Shown: positions 1 through 12,168, counted from the first letter of the stretch. The stretch is DNA of 64,000 bases from Haliotis rubra (GCF_003918875.1 NW_025765336.1:2604001-2668000); one strand, 5' to 3'. Notes: generated by a model not told the origin, from the sequence alone. Numbers and translations: made by a program.

Positions 1-1066
1 TCAAGGTAGCGACAGCTCACACTCCAAACCTGCAGCTGTAGCTGCTAAGGAGGTACAGAAGTCAGAGGATAAATCTGGAACTGCTGAAAAAGAAGGAGGA
101 AGCAAACCTGAAGCAATGGAGGTGTCAAAAGATGGAGATGCGATGAAGATGCAGAGGCATGTGAGTACAGGATTTACACCAAAAGATGGAGATCCTACAG
201 GAACTGCTGAACAGAAAGGTGTTGGTAAGGAATTGGAATCAGTTCCTGAAGAAAAAGGACAGAAGAATGATTTACAGGACATCAAGGCAGACAGTGCTAA
301 GTCTGAAAGTGGTGTAGTGATGCCTGATAGTGATAAAGTGATGCCAGGTGATGATAAGGTGACATCTAGTGATGATAAAGTGCCAGCAGACAAAGGGAAA
401 GATGCAAATGAAGCTGAACAGAAGGACAAGTTGAATGATAGTGTGTTGGTGTTGGATCCTGCCACTGGCCTCATGGTTCCAATGACTGAAGATGACATGG
501 TGGTTGATGATGTGCCAAATATGGAAGATTCAGCTGGTGGGGACAAGTCTAAGGCCAAGACTGCCGAGGATTCTGTAAAGGATCCCAAACCTTCTGCAAG
601 TACTCCAATCTTGGGGAAAGTCCCTCCTGTCCAAGACTTAGATGTTATTGAGATAAGTGATGATGAATCTTCAAATCCTGCTGAATCTACCAAATCCTCA
701 TCAGTGAAGAAGACGTCTGACTCTTTTAAAGATTCTGAAACTAAAGCTGGACCTGAAGCTAAAAAGGAGCTTTTTGGAAAGATTAAGGAGAAAGGCTCTA
801 GTTCTAACTCTCCAAAACCTGCAACTAAGAATACTGATAAATCTAAACCAGATGATGAATCACTGCATGATGAATCATCACGGTTGTCGGACAACTCAGA
901 TGAGTCTGATTCATATCAACAGGACTCCTTGGACACAGAGATCCTCCACACGGAGCTGATCGATAAGTGTATTGACGCACTTCATCTGTGTGTGCAGCGC
1001 TTCCCGACTCACTACAAGTCCTTGTACAGACTGGCTCACGTGTATATGACATCACCATACCACAAG
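1..1066 (+). CDS. CABIN1: CABIN1 (calcineurin-binding protein cabin-1) internal exon; 5' end lies outside the window
   Basis: Frame is open from position 2. An acidic low-complexity stretch is followed by LHLCVQRFPTHYKSLYRLAHVY, which I recognise as matching vertebrate CABIN1 (CLSRFPQHYKSLYRLAFLY). Donor AAG|GTAAGA at 1066/1067, phase 0. Confidence 0.9.
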
Positions 1067-1126
1067 GTAAGACAGAGATCTCATGCCATGTTTATAGCAA
1101 AACAACCCGAAGATCTAGGTTAGAGT

Positions 1127-1671
1127 CATTCTCTTCCCACAGAGGTTACTTGTCATATCTTCCTATGAACCTCTGTTCTAATACGGCCCTTTCATGGTGC
1201 GAGTGTTCAGGATTCGTGATTGGTTGCAATCAGATTTAGTTGTGCAATCAGCGACGTTGTTTCAAAAATGATCATTCGCAAGGCCTCGGTTATTTCTGTA
1301 TGCTTTGTGAAAACTAGAAGCTCTTTCCCTGCGCGATGTGCAAACGTTTCTTATAGACAGAACTCAGTCATGTAAATGGCGGATCAATGGCGTCTCCATC
1401 GCCCTCGTTGTCAACGGACAAGCTAGCCATTAAATGTCTTGTATGTCACATCAACACAAGTTCCTGGCAGAGCAGGGATATTTGTGACCCAACATTTGCT
1501 TGTATTAGTCAAGTTGATGTAACGCGTGTTCTGATTGGACAGAAAGAAGGGAGATAATTCGTGTTGCGATTTTTTGCCGCTAGGGGATTTTACGAGAACC
1601 AGGAAATATGACCGTATTAGAACAGAGGTTCGTAGGGAGAAATGACAAGTAACCTCTGTGGGAAGAGAATG
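1127..1671. mobile_element. MITE with ~60-bp TIRs and 9-bp TSD (Mutator-like size)
   Basis: Ends CATTCTCTTCCCACAGAGGTTACTTGTCAT... and ...ATGACAAGTAACCTCTGTGGGAAGAGAATG, flanked by GGTTAGAGT at 1118-1126 and 1672-1680. Confidence 0.9.
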
Positions 1672-1990
1672 GGTTAGAGTAGGTCTTTGTGACAGTTCTT
1701 GTCTAATAATGGAATTAGGATGTCAGTCTTGCACACTTGTCTGATGTTGGTCATTGTAACCCAGTTGAGTAGATTGATGCACAAGACATCAGTCACTGGA
1801 TTGTTTGGTCCAGATTCTTTGCCGATGATCCTTGATAGTCCAAATATGTCTTGAGGTCAGAAAACGTCAGTTAGTGGTACCTTGTGGACTTTATTTTGAG
1901 TATTACCTCACTAATTGCTAGATTTCGACAGTAATTTCCTAGTTTCAGACTGAGACGAGTCTTAAAATTCCTTTTGAAACATTGTTCCAG

Positions 1991-2101
1991 AACCTGGAGT
2001 ATGCCAGGGACTTGTTGCTAGGCAACAACAACTGGCAGAACCTATCTCACATGCCTGGACCAGGTCTGTTTGCAGAAAGACGGACAGCTAACTTCTTCCA
2101 G
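1991..2101 (+). CDS. CABIN1: CABIN1 exon NLEYARDLLLGNNNWQNLSHMPGPGLFAERRTANFFQ (absent from ORF track)
   Basis: Acceptor ttccag at 1985-1990, donor GTACAG at 2102, 111 nt, phase 0-0. Resembles CABIN1 NLQWARDVLLG...HMPAQGLFCERNKTNFF. Confidence 0.92.
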
Positions 2102-2575
2102 GTACAGTGTTTCAGTTATCTATGTTGTGGCAGTAAGTGAGCAAGCCCACATTGATAAAGGTTGCAGACATTTTCGTATCGTAATGGTGCAACTAGACTC
2201 AAGTATTAGTATCAGAGTGAATCTGTTATTCAGACCCATCCATAATTGATCTTGGAAGTTTTGCTTTACACAGGTGGGTGCCCATAAAATAAAGTGATAA
2301 TGTTTTGAAAGAAGATGTCAGTATGCAACAATTAAATAGGAATAAACATACTTTGGAAATGTTTCCTCCAACAACCCTTAATTTTAATTTCACCTGCTTT
2401 AGCATATTCTATAACTAACCTACCTGAAGCCGAACCCAACATGAATGACTTTTTCAATACTTACTGCCTGAGGTTGTGATTTTAAAAGAATTGAGGTTTA
2501 CTGGAAGATGTTTTTTCTATTATTTCTTCCTGTTTCTTTATGTCCGCCACTGATTTATACCATATCTTCCTCAAG

Positions 2576-2739
2576 GGTATATGGAAGATTCCCATCGAAG
2601 AGATCGATAGATCTGGGAGTTTTGCATCTCACATCCACCGTAGTGTCCGTCTGTTGGTAGACATCCTCACCGAACAGAAGGACATCATGATGCTGTACCA
2701 CATCCACATACAGCTCAACAGATCACTGGACACTGGAAA
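2576..2739 (+). CDS. CABIN1: CABIN1 exon GIWKIPIEEIDRSGSFASHIHRSV...LDTGK
   Basis: Acceptor ctcaag, donor GTGAGT at 2740, phase 0-2. Resembles CABIN1 [23 protein letters not shown]. Confidence 0.92.
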
Positions 2740-2972
2740 GTGAGTGGACAGTTGTCAGTAGGAACAATCACAATCCCGTGACAACCAGTAGTCAAATTTC
2801 CAATAGGCTGATTGGTTGTGGAAGTCCACTAACTCTGTCTCACCTACAACTAGTTTTACTTTAGAAGTGGGATTAATTTCAGATTCATTTTCTGTAGTTA
2901 TTTCTTACAGGTATATATGTTAAGCCGAAGTTATCAGTACTAAAAATACTCCCCATGCAGGTCTGCAGGACA

Positions 2973-3126
2973 GTGGGGTAGTCTAGTGGTTAAAGCGTTC
3001 ACTAGTCACGCTGAAGACCCGGGTTCGATTCCCCACTTAAGTACAATGTGTGAAGCCCATTTCTGGTGTCCCCTGCCATGATATTGCAATATACCAAAAG
3101 TGGCGTAAAAATGACTCACTCACTCT
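2973..3126 (+). mobile_element. SINE family A (tRNA-Asp-like head)
   Basis: A box TAGTCTAGTGG, B box GGTTCGATTCC, shared body GTACAATGTGTGAAGCCCATTTCTGG and (ACTC)n tail. Confidence 0.85.
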
Positions 3127-3339
3127 GTGTAGGTTAAGTCTTCAGCAAAGCATGTAAGTGTTGTCAGGTATGCAGATTCATTGACTGGCTAATTGTTTCC
3201 AGATTGCCTGGAATGATGCTCATTACATCAATCACTTGATTGTCTAGTCCAGACTCGATTATTTACAGACTTCTGTCATATACCTGGTTAAGATGTTTTA
3301 GCTGTAGTGATTTGCATATATGTACATGGTATGTTTTAG

Positions 3340-3574
3340 GAAGTATCTCAGGGACCAGGAGAGGAACTGTTTTGCCAAGTCGTCCTTCAAGGCAATCCTG
3401 GAGGCCATCGGAGAGGAGCTGAGACAGTGGGACCGGAAGAAGCCACGAGACAAGCAGCTGGACTACTTGATGACGGTGTACCGAGTGTGGCACCACTCTT
3501 CTCACAAGCTGAATGCTTTTGTAGATGGTGCGGACCTGTTTGTCAAGACGTACAAACTTGTACAGAAGGATTAT
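3340..3574 (+). CDS. CABIN1: CABIN1 exon (K)KYLRDQERNCFAK...QKDY
   Basis: Acceptor ttttag, donor GTGAGT at 3575, phase 2-0. Splicing completes the GKKYLRD motif. Confidence 0.9.
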
Positions 3575-3788
3575 GTGAGTATTTCATGGTTGTAGTGTAA
3601 ACTCTTAAACTAGCTCAGAAGGATTGTGTGATGTTGCAGGATTGCAGTATGGGAACATACCGGTAAATCAAATAACACACATCTCTGAAACATATTAATA
3701 ACACTTTGTTGCCATTGTGTCATGTAAAAGAAATAAAAAGTATTCTCTGAAATCTGTAAGAGGAAACTTTGAACATTTCTGTTTGCAG

Positions 3789-3869
3789 ATTGATAGCAGC
3801 CAGTCTGTCTTAGAGCAAGCAATCAAATTCTGTCAACAAAGAATAGCAATGAACAGACCCTCATCTCAG
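3789..3869 (+). CDS. CABIN1: CABIN1 exon IDSSQSVLEQAIKFCQQRIAMNRPSSQ
   Basis: Acceptor ttgcag, donor GTAGGT at 3870, 81 nt, phase 0-0. QAIKFCQ motif as in CABIN1. Confidence 0.85.
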
Positions 3870-3881
3870 GTAGGTTACAGT

Positions 3882-4650
3882 TTATTATACCCCCCGCTAC
3901 GAAGTAACGGGGTATATAGCGTTCATTCCGTCCGTCCCGAAACTTTGTCCGGAGCATATCCCTAAAAGTTTACATGCTAGGTTCACCAAACTTCACACAC
4001 GTTAATCATTACCCATTGATGTGCCTTTTGCTATTTTAATTTTTTTTTTCTGAATTTTGTTTTATTGCTGTTTCCATGGAAACACGACTTAGTGCCAAAT
4101 GTGTTTGATGGTTTTGTCCGGAGCATATCTCTTAAACTTTACATGCTAGGTTCACCAAACTTCACACACATGTTAATCATTACCCATTGATGTGCCTTTT
4201 GTTATTTTAATTTTTTTCAGAATTTGTTTTGTTGTTGTTTCCATGGAAACATGACTTGGTGCAAAATGTGTTTGATGGTTACCTGGCCACAGCATATCAT
4301 CGAAACTATACATGCTAGGTTCACCAAACTTAATACACAAGTTAATCATGACCCACTGATATGCCATGTGCTAAAAAACAATCTTCATCTACGTCCACTT
4401 CATTGTGTGCAACAAGTTCAATTGTATGTCAGGTTTCCACGGAAAACACAAAAACATAATGTTTCCATAAATTATTACTGTAATCGGTACATGGCAAAAC
4501 TATTATCTAACATGTATATAAAGTTTAGTAGAGTCAAGGAGAAAGTCTTGTGAGCTGCTGATCCTTGTCACATTATATATATCAATATCATTTCCATGTC
4601 CCAAAGTGGGAAGCGGGGGTATGTGAGCTGTGCTCACTTCTTCACTTGTT
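3882..4650 (+). mobile_element. Non-autonomous Helentron-type element (HINE/DINE-1-like) with internal ~170-bp tandem repeats
   Basis: 5' subTIR TATACCCCCCGCT with nearby inverse CGGGGTATA, CCGT microrepeat, ~2.5 tandem units, 3' subTIR AGCGGGGGTAT, hairpin GTGAGC-TGT-GCTCAC (4623-4637), CTTGTT end, T-rich insertion site. Confidence 0.85.
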
Positions 4651-4963
4651 ATTACAGCTCCTTCAATTCCATGGCACACTATGGAGCTTAGATCAGTGGG
4701 TCGGACACTTGCTTGTGATGTCTCGACATCAGTGTTTATGATTATCTACCAGGGAATTATTTGAAGGGAACTTTGGTAAATATTTCATTCTCAAAAAATA
4801 GTGTTTGTTTCAGTGTTGAATATAAATGGGCAAAGAACTGAGAAAGAATTCTGAGGCCCATTCAGAGTTGTGTCCCTTACATGTGCCAGGATTGATAGAT
4901 CAATGGCATGAATTCAACAAGATATGATGCCTAGTTTGTCAGCTGAAGGGCTGATGTAATGTA

Positions 4964-5665
4964 CAGTCCGTTTGAGACAAAATGATACCGATGAATTGCA
5001 ATCTAACACAAACACAAATAGACGTAAAACAATCAAACCAACGCGGACTGCAATAAAAACAACATACCAACTCTAGAAAAAAATTGCATAATTTGGGTTA
5101 CAAACATAAAAAAGTTGTCATCATTTATTTGTGCGTTTTCCCACTTTGTTACAAGGGCGCATTAGCACGTAAAGGAACAGCGCGAAAAGCGAGATGCACG
5201 TGCATTAACGGGTCCGCAACAATTTTTTGAGCTGGCGAGATGACACGTACCCCAGCTGCACAGGCAGTGTGCTGTATGTACTGAGTAATTCCATACTTGG
5301 GTCACCCTCTGTCATTTTCATCCTTGAAGAAATCATAGACTTTGTAAATTATAGACTTTCATGTGCTCTCACTTCGTCAATCAGCAGTAATCACATGTCT
5401 CTGACGTCACTAATGCATGTGCATCTCGCTTTTCACGCTGTTCCTTTAGTTGCCACCGCGCCCTTGTAACCAACTTGGAAAACGCACAAATTAATGATGA
5501 CAGTTTCTTAAACACTTTTTTATTTTTGTGACAAAACTTCTTCAATTTTTTTCTAGAGTTGGTCTGTTGTTTTTATTGCAGTCCGCATTGGTTTGATTCT
5601 TTTATGTCTATTTTTGGGGCTGTTAGATTGCAATTCATCGGTATCATTTTGTCTCAAACGGACTG
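4964..5665. mobile_element. Tc1/mariner-type MITE with ~245-bp TIRs
   Basis: TA|CAGTCCGTTTGAGACAAAATGATACCGATG ... CATCGGTATCATTTTGTCTCAAACGGACTG|TA; arms about 4964-5208 and 5411-5665. Confidence 0.92.
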
Positions 5666-5725
5666 TAATGGGGCTAAAATGCTGTTCAGTGTGGTCCTAA
5701 ACCCATTCCACTCTCACTCTTTCAG

Positions 5726-6091
5726 TCATCTGATGCGAACAAGTCGGCAAACTTGAGCACAGTTGGATTCCTGTCTCCTCCCCCTAACAAAGCTCCATCC
5801 CAGACGTCCGACCACAGCTCACCTGGGGATCCAGCCTTTCTCTCCCCCAAACATACAGGCCCTTTCTCACCTTCACCCAAAAAGAACATTCTGTCTCCAT
5901 TTTCATCACCCACCAACCCATCTAAACTGCCTGTCCATCCAGATGGCAGCAAAATTCAAAGCAGCCAATCAGATGGCAGCAAGGTGTCCACAAGCCAATC
6001 AGATGGCAGTTCCACTGGAGCTACCAGCCAATCAGATGGGGATGATGCACTGGTGTCTCCGTCGCCAGGGAAACTGACTTCAGCGGTACAG
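5726..6091 (+). CDS. CABIN1: Probable CABIN1 exon, Ser/Pro-rich with 30-nt QSDGS repeats
   Basis: Polypyrimidine acceptor ctctttcag (5717-5725), open phase-0 frame SSDANKSANLSTVGFLSPPP..., donor GTACAC at 6092 (alternative in-frame donor at 6086). Confidence 0.75.
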
Positions 6092-6677
6092 GTACACCTT
6101 CCGCATGGTCCTTATTAATGATGGTGTATATCTCGGTATGGCGGCATGGTGCATATGTCCGTACTTTGTTTTGCCCACAGCTTAGCGAAAGTTCCATCTA
6201 AGTTGTTGCACTTTCTGATGACAAATAAATATTTTTGGAAGCCGCTTTTTTGTGCAGATCATTGTTGTCTTTGTTTATTTTCATCTTTGTTCCTTACGCA
6301 TCTGAATGCTGATTGACTACCATGTATATGCAGTAGATGTTATTTGACAAGTTGTAGCTTGTTTAATCTGTTACACGTGCTGCTAACTGTATGCTGCTTT
6401 ATGTGGCATGTTGACTGAGGTAGTGTGTTACAGAACAGATCACAGTGATACAGAACGTTCCTGTAACCTTCCAAGGAGGATTACCTGCAAAACTGTTTAT
6501 TATCATTTGTCTTACACATAATACAAAATGAGATGAGCTCTTCATCGAAAGAGCCAAAATGGGCTAGACAATTTACGGATTGCCAAATTTCAAGCGGTAT
6601 AACGTTATTGAACGTGAGATGGATTTCCAACGATAAGCTTGAGAAACAGAATCTGAAGAAACACCTTTCTTTTCAGT

Positions 6678-6842
6678 TGGGGCAGTTGGGTAGCCTAGTG
6701 GGGAAAGGATTCACTCATTACATGAAAGGTCTAGGTTTGATTTCCACCGGAGTACAATGTGTGAAGCCCATTCCTGATATCTCCTGCTGTATTTTTACTG
6801 GAATATTTTGAAAAACGACGTAAAACCACACTGACTCACTCC
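6678..6842 (+). mobile_element. SINE family A, diverged copy
   Basis: GGTAGCCTAGTGG...GTACAATGTGTGAAGCCCATT...GTAAAACC...ACTCACTC. Confidence 0.75.
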
Positions 6843-8659
6843 CTTTTATCAAGCTATTGTGTCTCTGATGCTTTTTGACTGTGTTTGCTATTAACTGTTA
6901 TCAAGTATTCACCAGGGATGTATTTGATAAGGAATACTTTCAGAAATGTCAATCTACCACAGGTTCATGTGAGTACCAGATACAAGGAGATTGTGTTGTA
7001 TGAACTTGTATACAGGGGTGTGGTGTAAGAATATCCCTGTGTGGATTCTAGGATGGAATAGGCCTTCAGGAACTTGTGCTGCTAATATGAGGCGAATATG
7101 TGGTCAGAGCGGATGGTGGTGTTGATCATTGCTCAAACTGGATCATTTGCACTCTTCAATCATAGCACATGGATATAAAGCGCTAATAGTTTAAGGAAAG
7201 ATGATTCTGATTAAGATTAACTGTATTCACTACAACGTGTGTGCATCTGTGATGTATGAGAATAGGAAAGGTAAAATTCTCCTTGTAGAATGTTAGAGCA
7301 GGTGAAGCTACAGTTGCTTGATGTGTGAAGCTCTGTCTCTGATCTTCCACCATGTTGAAGTATCCCTTTGATCTGCTCCATCGCTCTTTAGTGTATCTAT
7401 TAGATTTGTTACTTTGCACAAACATTTGTTATTAAGCACGAAACCAATGATCTCAAACATATTTTCATGATGAATTTCAAATTGAAGTCCAGTTGTCAAT
7501 ATATTGCTTTTCATTGTTAAAACTGACACAAATGATTGTAGACGAACGATAAGAGAAACTCACAAAGCTGAAGGTAATTCTGTTGTTTCTTTTGCAATTG
7601 AAGTCTCAATGTATTGAAGAAAATCATGATTAAATCCTTGCAGTCTTTTTTCTGTGTTGTCTCCTATCTTTCTCTGTGTCATCTGGCAGAACAGTCTTGT
7701 GTCTTGTGTAGGAGGAAGACGCTGTCGTGAATGTATTTACCGTGGTGCACAAAGTTTCTATGGTGCTACACGTTTTAGTTTAAGGTGGAAGGATAAAGGC
7801 AAGCTTTTGGTGTGAGCCTGTTTTACCATTTATGATCGTGCCTTTGCGTTTCCATAGTTTCAATGTTGCAGATTCTCAGAGTTGAAATTCCAAGTTAATG
7901 TAGAGTATAATCTCCCTTCCTGCAGATCATTTTTCTCTGGCATTTTCAACACTGGGCACAATGCAGGCACGTGTGTAACTGATTTATACGTGTGTATTTT
8001 TGTTGTTGTATGTATATGATGCAGTAATCTTAGCTACAAATAATCAGCATTTGCAAATTATTTTAGACTCAGTCAACATATTTTGTGAGAACTCTTTCTG
8101 AAATTAAGGTGATGAAATTTGGAGGATCCAAACGTGATTAGATACATAAATTATTTATAAATAGATCAAGCCACTTTGGAAAATCAATTCTTATAAATGC
8201 CTCGCTATCACCATGCAAAGCATTCAAAATTTACCTTCAGAAAACAAAATCTAGTACAACAGGAAACAAAGCTGTGTGTTATGTTTTGAGCAAAGGACGT
8301 AAATTTAATCAGTCTCTTTCTTGGTTGTCAACTGCGCCAATTTGACAGTTTGGTCACAGGATACGTTTGTACGGTTGAGAGATTTGTTGTTTAGAACCTT
8401 TATAGAGCATTGAACATATTCATCTGCGTTTTCTAAAATTTCCAACCTCACTCAAAAGTACTCTTAATTTCAATATATGAAGCCCATTTCTGTTATTGCC
8501 ATGATATTGCTGGAGTATTGCTAAAACTAAACCCAATCGATCGGTCAATACTCATAATTGCATGGTTTATTTTCGACTAAGTCTATTCTGTACAACAAAA
8601 TTACTGCCTGGAAAAGATCAAAATTATCTCTCCTCACCCACAAGTTTCTGTACAACAAC

Positions 8660-9275
8660 AATAGGACGTTTTCGATGGTCTTTGACTTTGTTACATTTGG
8701 CAAAGTTTTCAAAGTCACAACCTAAAAAAAATACCTAAAAAAATGATATCAGTCATATCAGATTATATTTTTGGAGAACTACGGTAGATACGTCTTCCAA
8801 TCATGTACAGTGTCTAAATGCCTAAATTCCCCGGAAAATGCGTTGGGTGTAAAATACAGAACCTCCAATTAGATCTCTGTCCATTGAAACTGGAAAATAG
8901 AAAAAACTGAAAGAAATTGTCCACTTTGTAAAACAACTGATTCAGATGATGAATTTCATTACTTGTTTATCTGTTTACTCTGGAAAATGAGAAAAACACC
9001 TAATTCACACACATTTTGCAATAAAACAAACTTCTTTGAAATGGATTATTTCTTTAAAAACTAGGAACTCAACACAATTATCCAAAATGTGTGAAACCAT
9101 TGTGTTACTAACACAAACAGTTGAATGTTGTACTCTATTATCTGCACTCACTGCTCGTTGCTGTTGCATATCCTATACTTGTGTGTTTAGATGCACATAA
9201 TGATGTAAATGTTGTATCACTAATGCCATGATTAGCAGCCTGAATGTAAATGAACTGAAGTTCAGTTAAGTTCAG
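8660..9275 (+). mobile_element. Decayed LINE 3' end (RTE-X/Tx1-like C-terminal zinc-finger region)
   Basis: Translates to YRTSN...CPLCK...DDEFHYLFIC with stops and frameshifts, and ends in a short tandem tail AAGTTCAGTTAAGTTCAG. Boundaries approximate. Confidence 0.6.
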
Positions 9276-9665
9276 GAAACCAACTTATGTAGTTGTCAGA
9301 CAATTTTTGAAGTTGGTGACAGATTTAGGTGGCGTGCGTTTAGACAATGCTTGATATATTTTAATTCCTGACTGTAGAACATCTACTGGATCGTTAATAG
9401 TAATCAATATGGTGGGGGACTTAAGGTTTGTTTATCACTATATCAGAGAAAAAAGAACGTGAAATGTTGTTAATGTGGATGCATCACAGCTATGAAAGAC
9501 TTGAAGTGTAGGATACGAGGTATTGCTACATGATAAACATCATTTACCCTAGTTTTTCACCATTTTATGAGTGCTATTTTGCTGTATACATGTGATGCTG
9601 CACGAATCTTTCTCAACGTTGTGGTCAACTTTAAAGTATATTTTGTTTCAAATTCTTGACTTCAG

Positions 9666-11372
9666 TCCAAGCTGTTGGACGTGGACACACGCCTTCCTCC
9701 ACTCGGCATGTTCAGCGGGGGTAGCATTGATCCCTACAGGTTTCCCTATCCAGCCAGCCCATCGGCATCCATGCATGACTTCATCCACCCACTGTTCCAC
9801 AGACCCTATAACATACCATCCTTCTTGCATACAGCTGGAGCTCTAGTAAACCCCGAAACTCTGGATCGTAGCGCAGGTTTCCTCTATAACATTCCTGACT
9901 CAACACGTCCTAATCTAGAACCAGTTAACTTAACAAGACCAAGGAAACCAGTATCGTGTACCACTTCAAAGCCACCAATAGCATCGTCTGTTAATTTGAA
10001 AACTATTGCTGATGGGATGAAAATGAAATTGAAAACTGCACTTTTAGCAAGTCCTCGGCTGTTAAATCCTAAACCAGCTACTGTTTCAAGTGCAAAGCAA
10101 GTAAATGTTGCTCCGTCTGAAAAGGACACTTGGCCAAAGACATTGGAGGTCCCGAGAAGCATCCAAGCTACGTCAAATGATTTAAGCATAAAGAGTCTGC
10201 TATTCGGAGAATCAGAGGAAACCCACCATCCATTAATTCCGTCCATGGTTGAAGCTGATGTCTCATGTGAACAACCAGCTAAGAAAAAGCAGAAACTGGT
10301 CTCCCTTTTAAACCAAAAGGTTCATGAAACGGACTATGATGTCACCAAACGGATTTTGAAAGTAGAACCAAATTCTACAGGAAGGAATGTTTTCGCAGAT
10401 ACTACATCATCGAGAGATGTTGACAATGGAGGAAAAGCAGAGTTCTTTCAAAAAAGTCATACGATGACGACTGAGTTGCTGCCATTTGCCAGCACAGCCC
10501 CGATTTCTGAACACAAACAAATACGACAAACAGATAAAGACGGCCTGTATGTCCACATGCTGAAAGAAGGACCAGTTGCAAGAACAGGCGTTGCATCCCC
10601 CAAAACAGACAGTACATCGCCTAATTCTGTGCAAACTAATACCTCTGTGAAGGACAAAGATGCAAAGGCCAGTCACTTATCCACAGTGCCGCAGTACGAA
10701 GCTGTCGATCTTGAGACGATGATTCCCACTTTACAAATACGCGCACCACGATCTGACAGCACCCAAACAGCAGACGGAAAGGAAGAAAACACACCTTCTG
10801 TAACAATAGAAAGTGACGCAACCAGGACTCAGCTTAAGGACACGAAGATCCGTGACCAAGTCTCCTTGACCAGCAATATAACTTTTGATAGCGTTGCTGA
10901 CGAAGGTGAATCTCCTCTTTTAGTTGTTGATAGTGGTGGATGCAGAGGTGGAGAAACAGTTGACCCTACTTCTCAACTAGAATACAAGGCAGACACAAGC
11001 CAATATTGTAAAGTTGATCCAACTGATTGTGAGATGCCACGAGGGATTGATGATATTGTGTGTAGAAAAGACAGTTCTGAAGTTGATGGAGATAAAGGTC
11101 TGGTAAGTGAAACTACTCAAGGTAACGTGACTGACAGTCAGGCGAGAGATCAAAGTGTAACCGGTGGCCACTGCGGTATACCTCCAGCCACTGGTCACTG
11201 CGGTATACCTCCAGACCTCTCATTTGGTGATTCAAGCATCCCGATGGAAGACATCGTGCCGTCTGTGACTCCTGGACAACTATCGTTGGGAGCATATGAC
11301 CCTAATCTGTATGAGTTTCTCTCTGATGATGACACTGATGAACATGCACTGACTATCGACATGGACGGATAG
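9666..11372 (+). CDS. CABIN1: Probable CABIN1 terminal exon (~568 aa, low complexity, lineage-specific)
   Basis: Acceptor acttcag (9659-9665) is in phase 0 with the 565-aa ORF, which ends at TAG 11372. Same strand as CABIN1 and phase-compatible, but no recognisable homology. Confidence 0.65.
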   Translation, partial: SKLLDVDTRLPPLGMFSGGSIDPYRFPYPASPSASMHDFIHPLFHRPYNIPSFLHTAGALVNPETLDRSAGFLYNIPDSTRPNLEPVNLTRPRKPVSCTTSKPPIASSVNLKTIADGMKMKLKTALLASPRLLNPKPATVSSAKQVNVAPSEKDTWPKTLEVPRSIQATSNDLSIKSLLFGESEETHHPLIPSMVEADVSCEQPAKKKQKLVSLLNQKVHETDYDVTKRILKVEPNSTGRNVFADTTSSRDVDNGGKAEFFQKSHTMTTELLPFASTAPISEHKQIRQTDKDGLYVHMLKEGPVARTGVASPKTDSTSPNSVQTNTSVKDKDAKASHLSTVPQYEAVDLETMIPTLQIRAPRSDSTQTADGKEENTPSVTIESDATRTQLKDTKIRDQVSLTSNITFDSVADEGESPLLVVDSGGCRGGETVDPTSQLEYKADTSQYCKVDPTDCEMPRGIDDIVCRKDSSEVDGDKGLVSETTQGNVTDSQARDQSVTGGHCGIPPATGHCGIPPDLSFGDSSIPMEDIVPSVTPGQLSLGAYDPNLYEFLSDDDTDEHALTIDMDG

Positions 11373-11756
11373 AGGCAGACGACCATGGTTGTTGGTACTG
11401 CACAGGGGTAATCTGCCCTCAATTCTAGTTCTTGAAATGAATTATAGGTCTGGGCCCACCTGCACAAATCGATATGAACGCTACGATTATTTTACCTCCG
11501 ATATATTAACGGAAACTAATTTCAAAATATACTCGTAGGGTTAAGATGGCTTTGTGCAAGTGTGCCCTTCCGTGAAGCAAATTCTATCGGTGTCACTATC
11601 TTCTGACAAGATAATCTTTAGTCCATGTGTATTCTAGATATACTCTGCGTCTATTTCAATCATGATCTGAATAAGTGGTTGCTATAACATACTTTAAATA
11701 TATGCTACGTATTATCATATATGATACCACATGCGTATTTCAGCCAGTGTTTCCAG

Positions 11757-11935
11757 TTGCGACTATCGTGTCGCAAGAGGTGATCGGGATGGCTGACTTG
11801 GGTTACGCACATCGTTATGTCGCAATGTTCGCGATGTCTATCACTGGATTGTCTGATGCAGACGCGATTACCTACAGACTGCCTTCTTATACAAAACTGG
11901 AATATAGCTAAGTGGGGCCATTATCAAAAATCAAA
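11757..11935 (+). mobile_element. SINE family B, diverged copy
   Basis: GATCGGGATGGCTGACTTGG...ATCACTGGATTGTCTG...TACAGACTGCC...TGGAATATAGCTAAGTGG, matching the copies at 17.7 and 61.3 kb. Confidence 0.7.
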
Positions 11936-12168
11936 ACGAAGAACATTTTCCTTCTCTGAGAGGCATTCCTTCAAAGAAAATGTTGCATTAACCTTCAAAA
12001 GCCTTCAGTCTCAGAAGAAACGACATGCACATTTCATTAGTAATTTGTACAAGATATTAGAAAGTAAATAAATATATCTATTTATAGCTTGCCTGCGAAG
12101 AAATGGCGAGTCAAAAGCATGTACACCTTTTACAACTGCTATTATCACTATTTGGAAGGGATACACAA

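Noticed and set aside
1-894. 297-aa minus-strand ORF
   Set aside because: Antisense shadow of the low-complexity CABIN1 exon.
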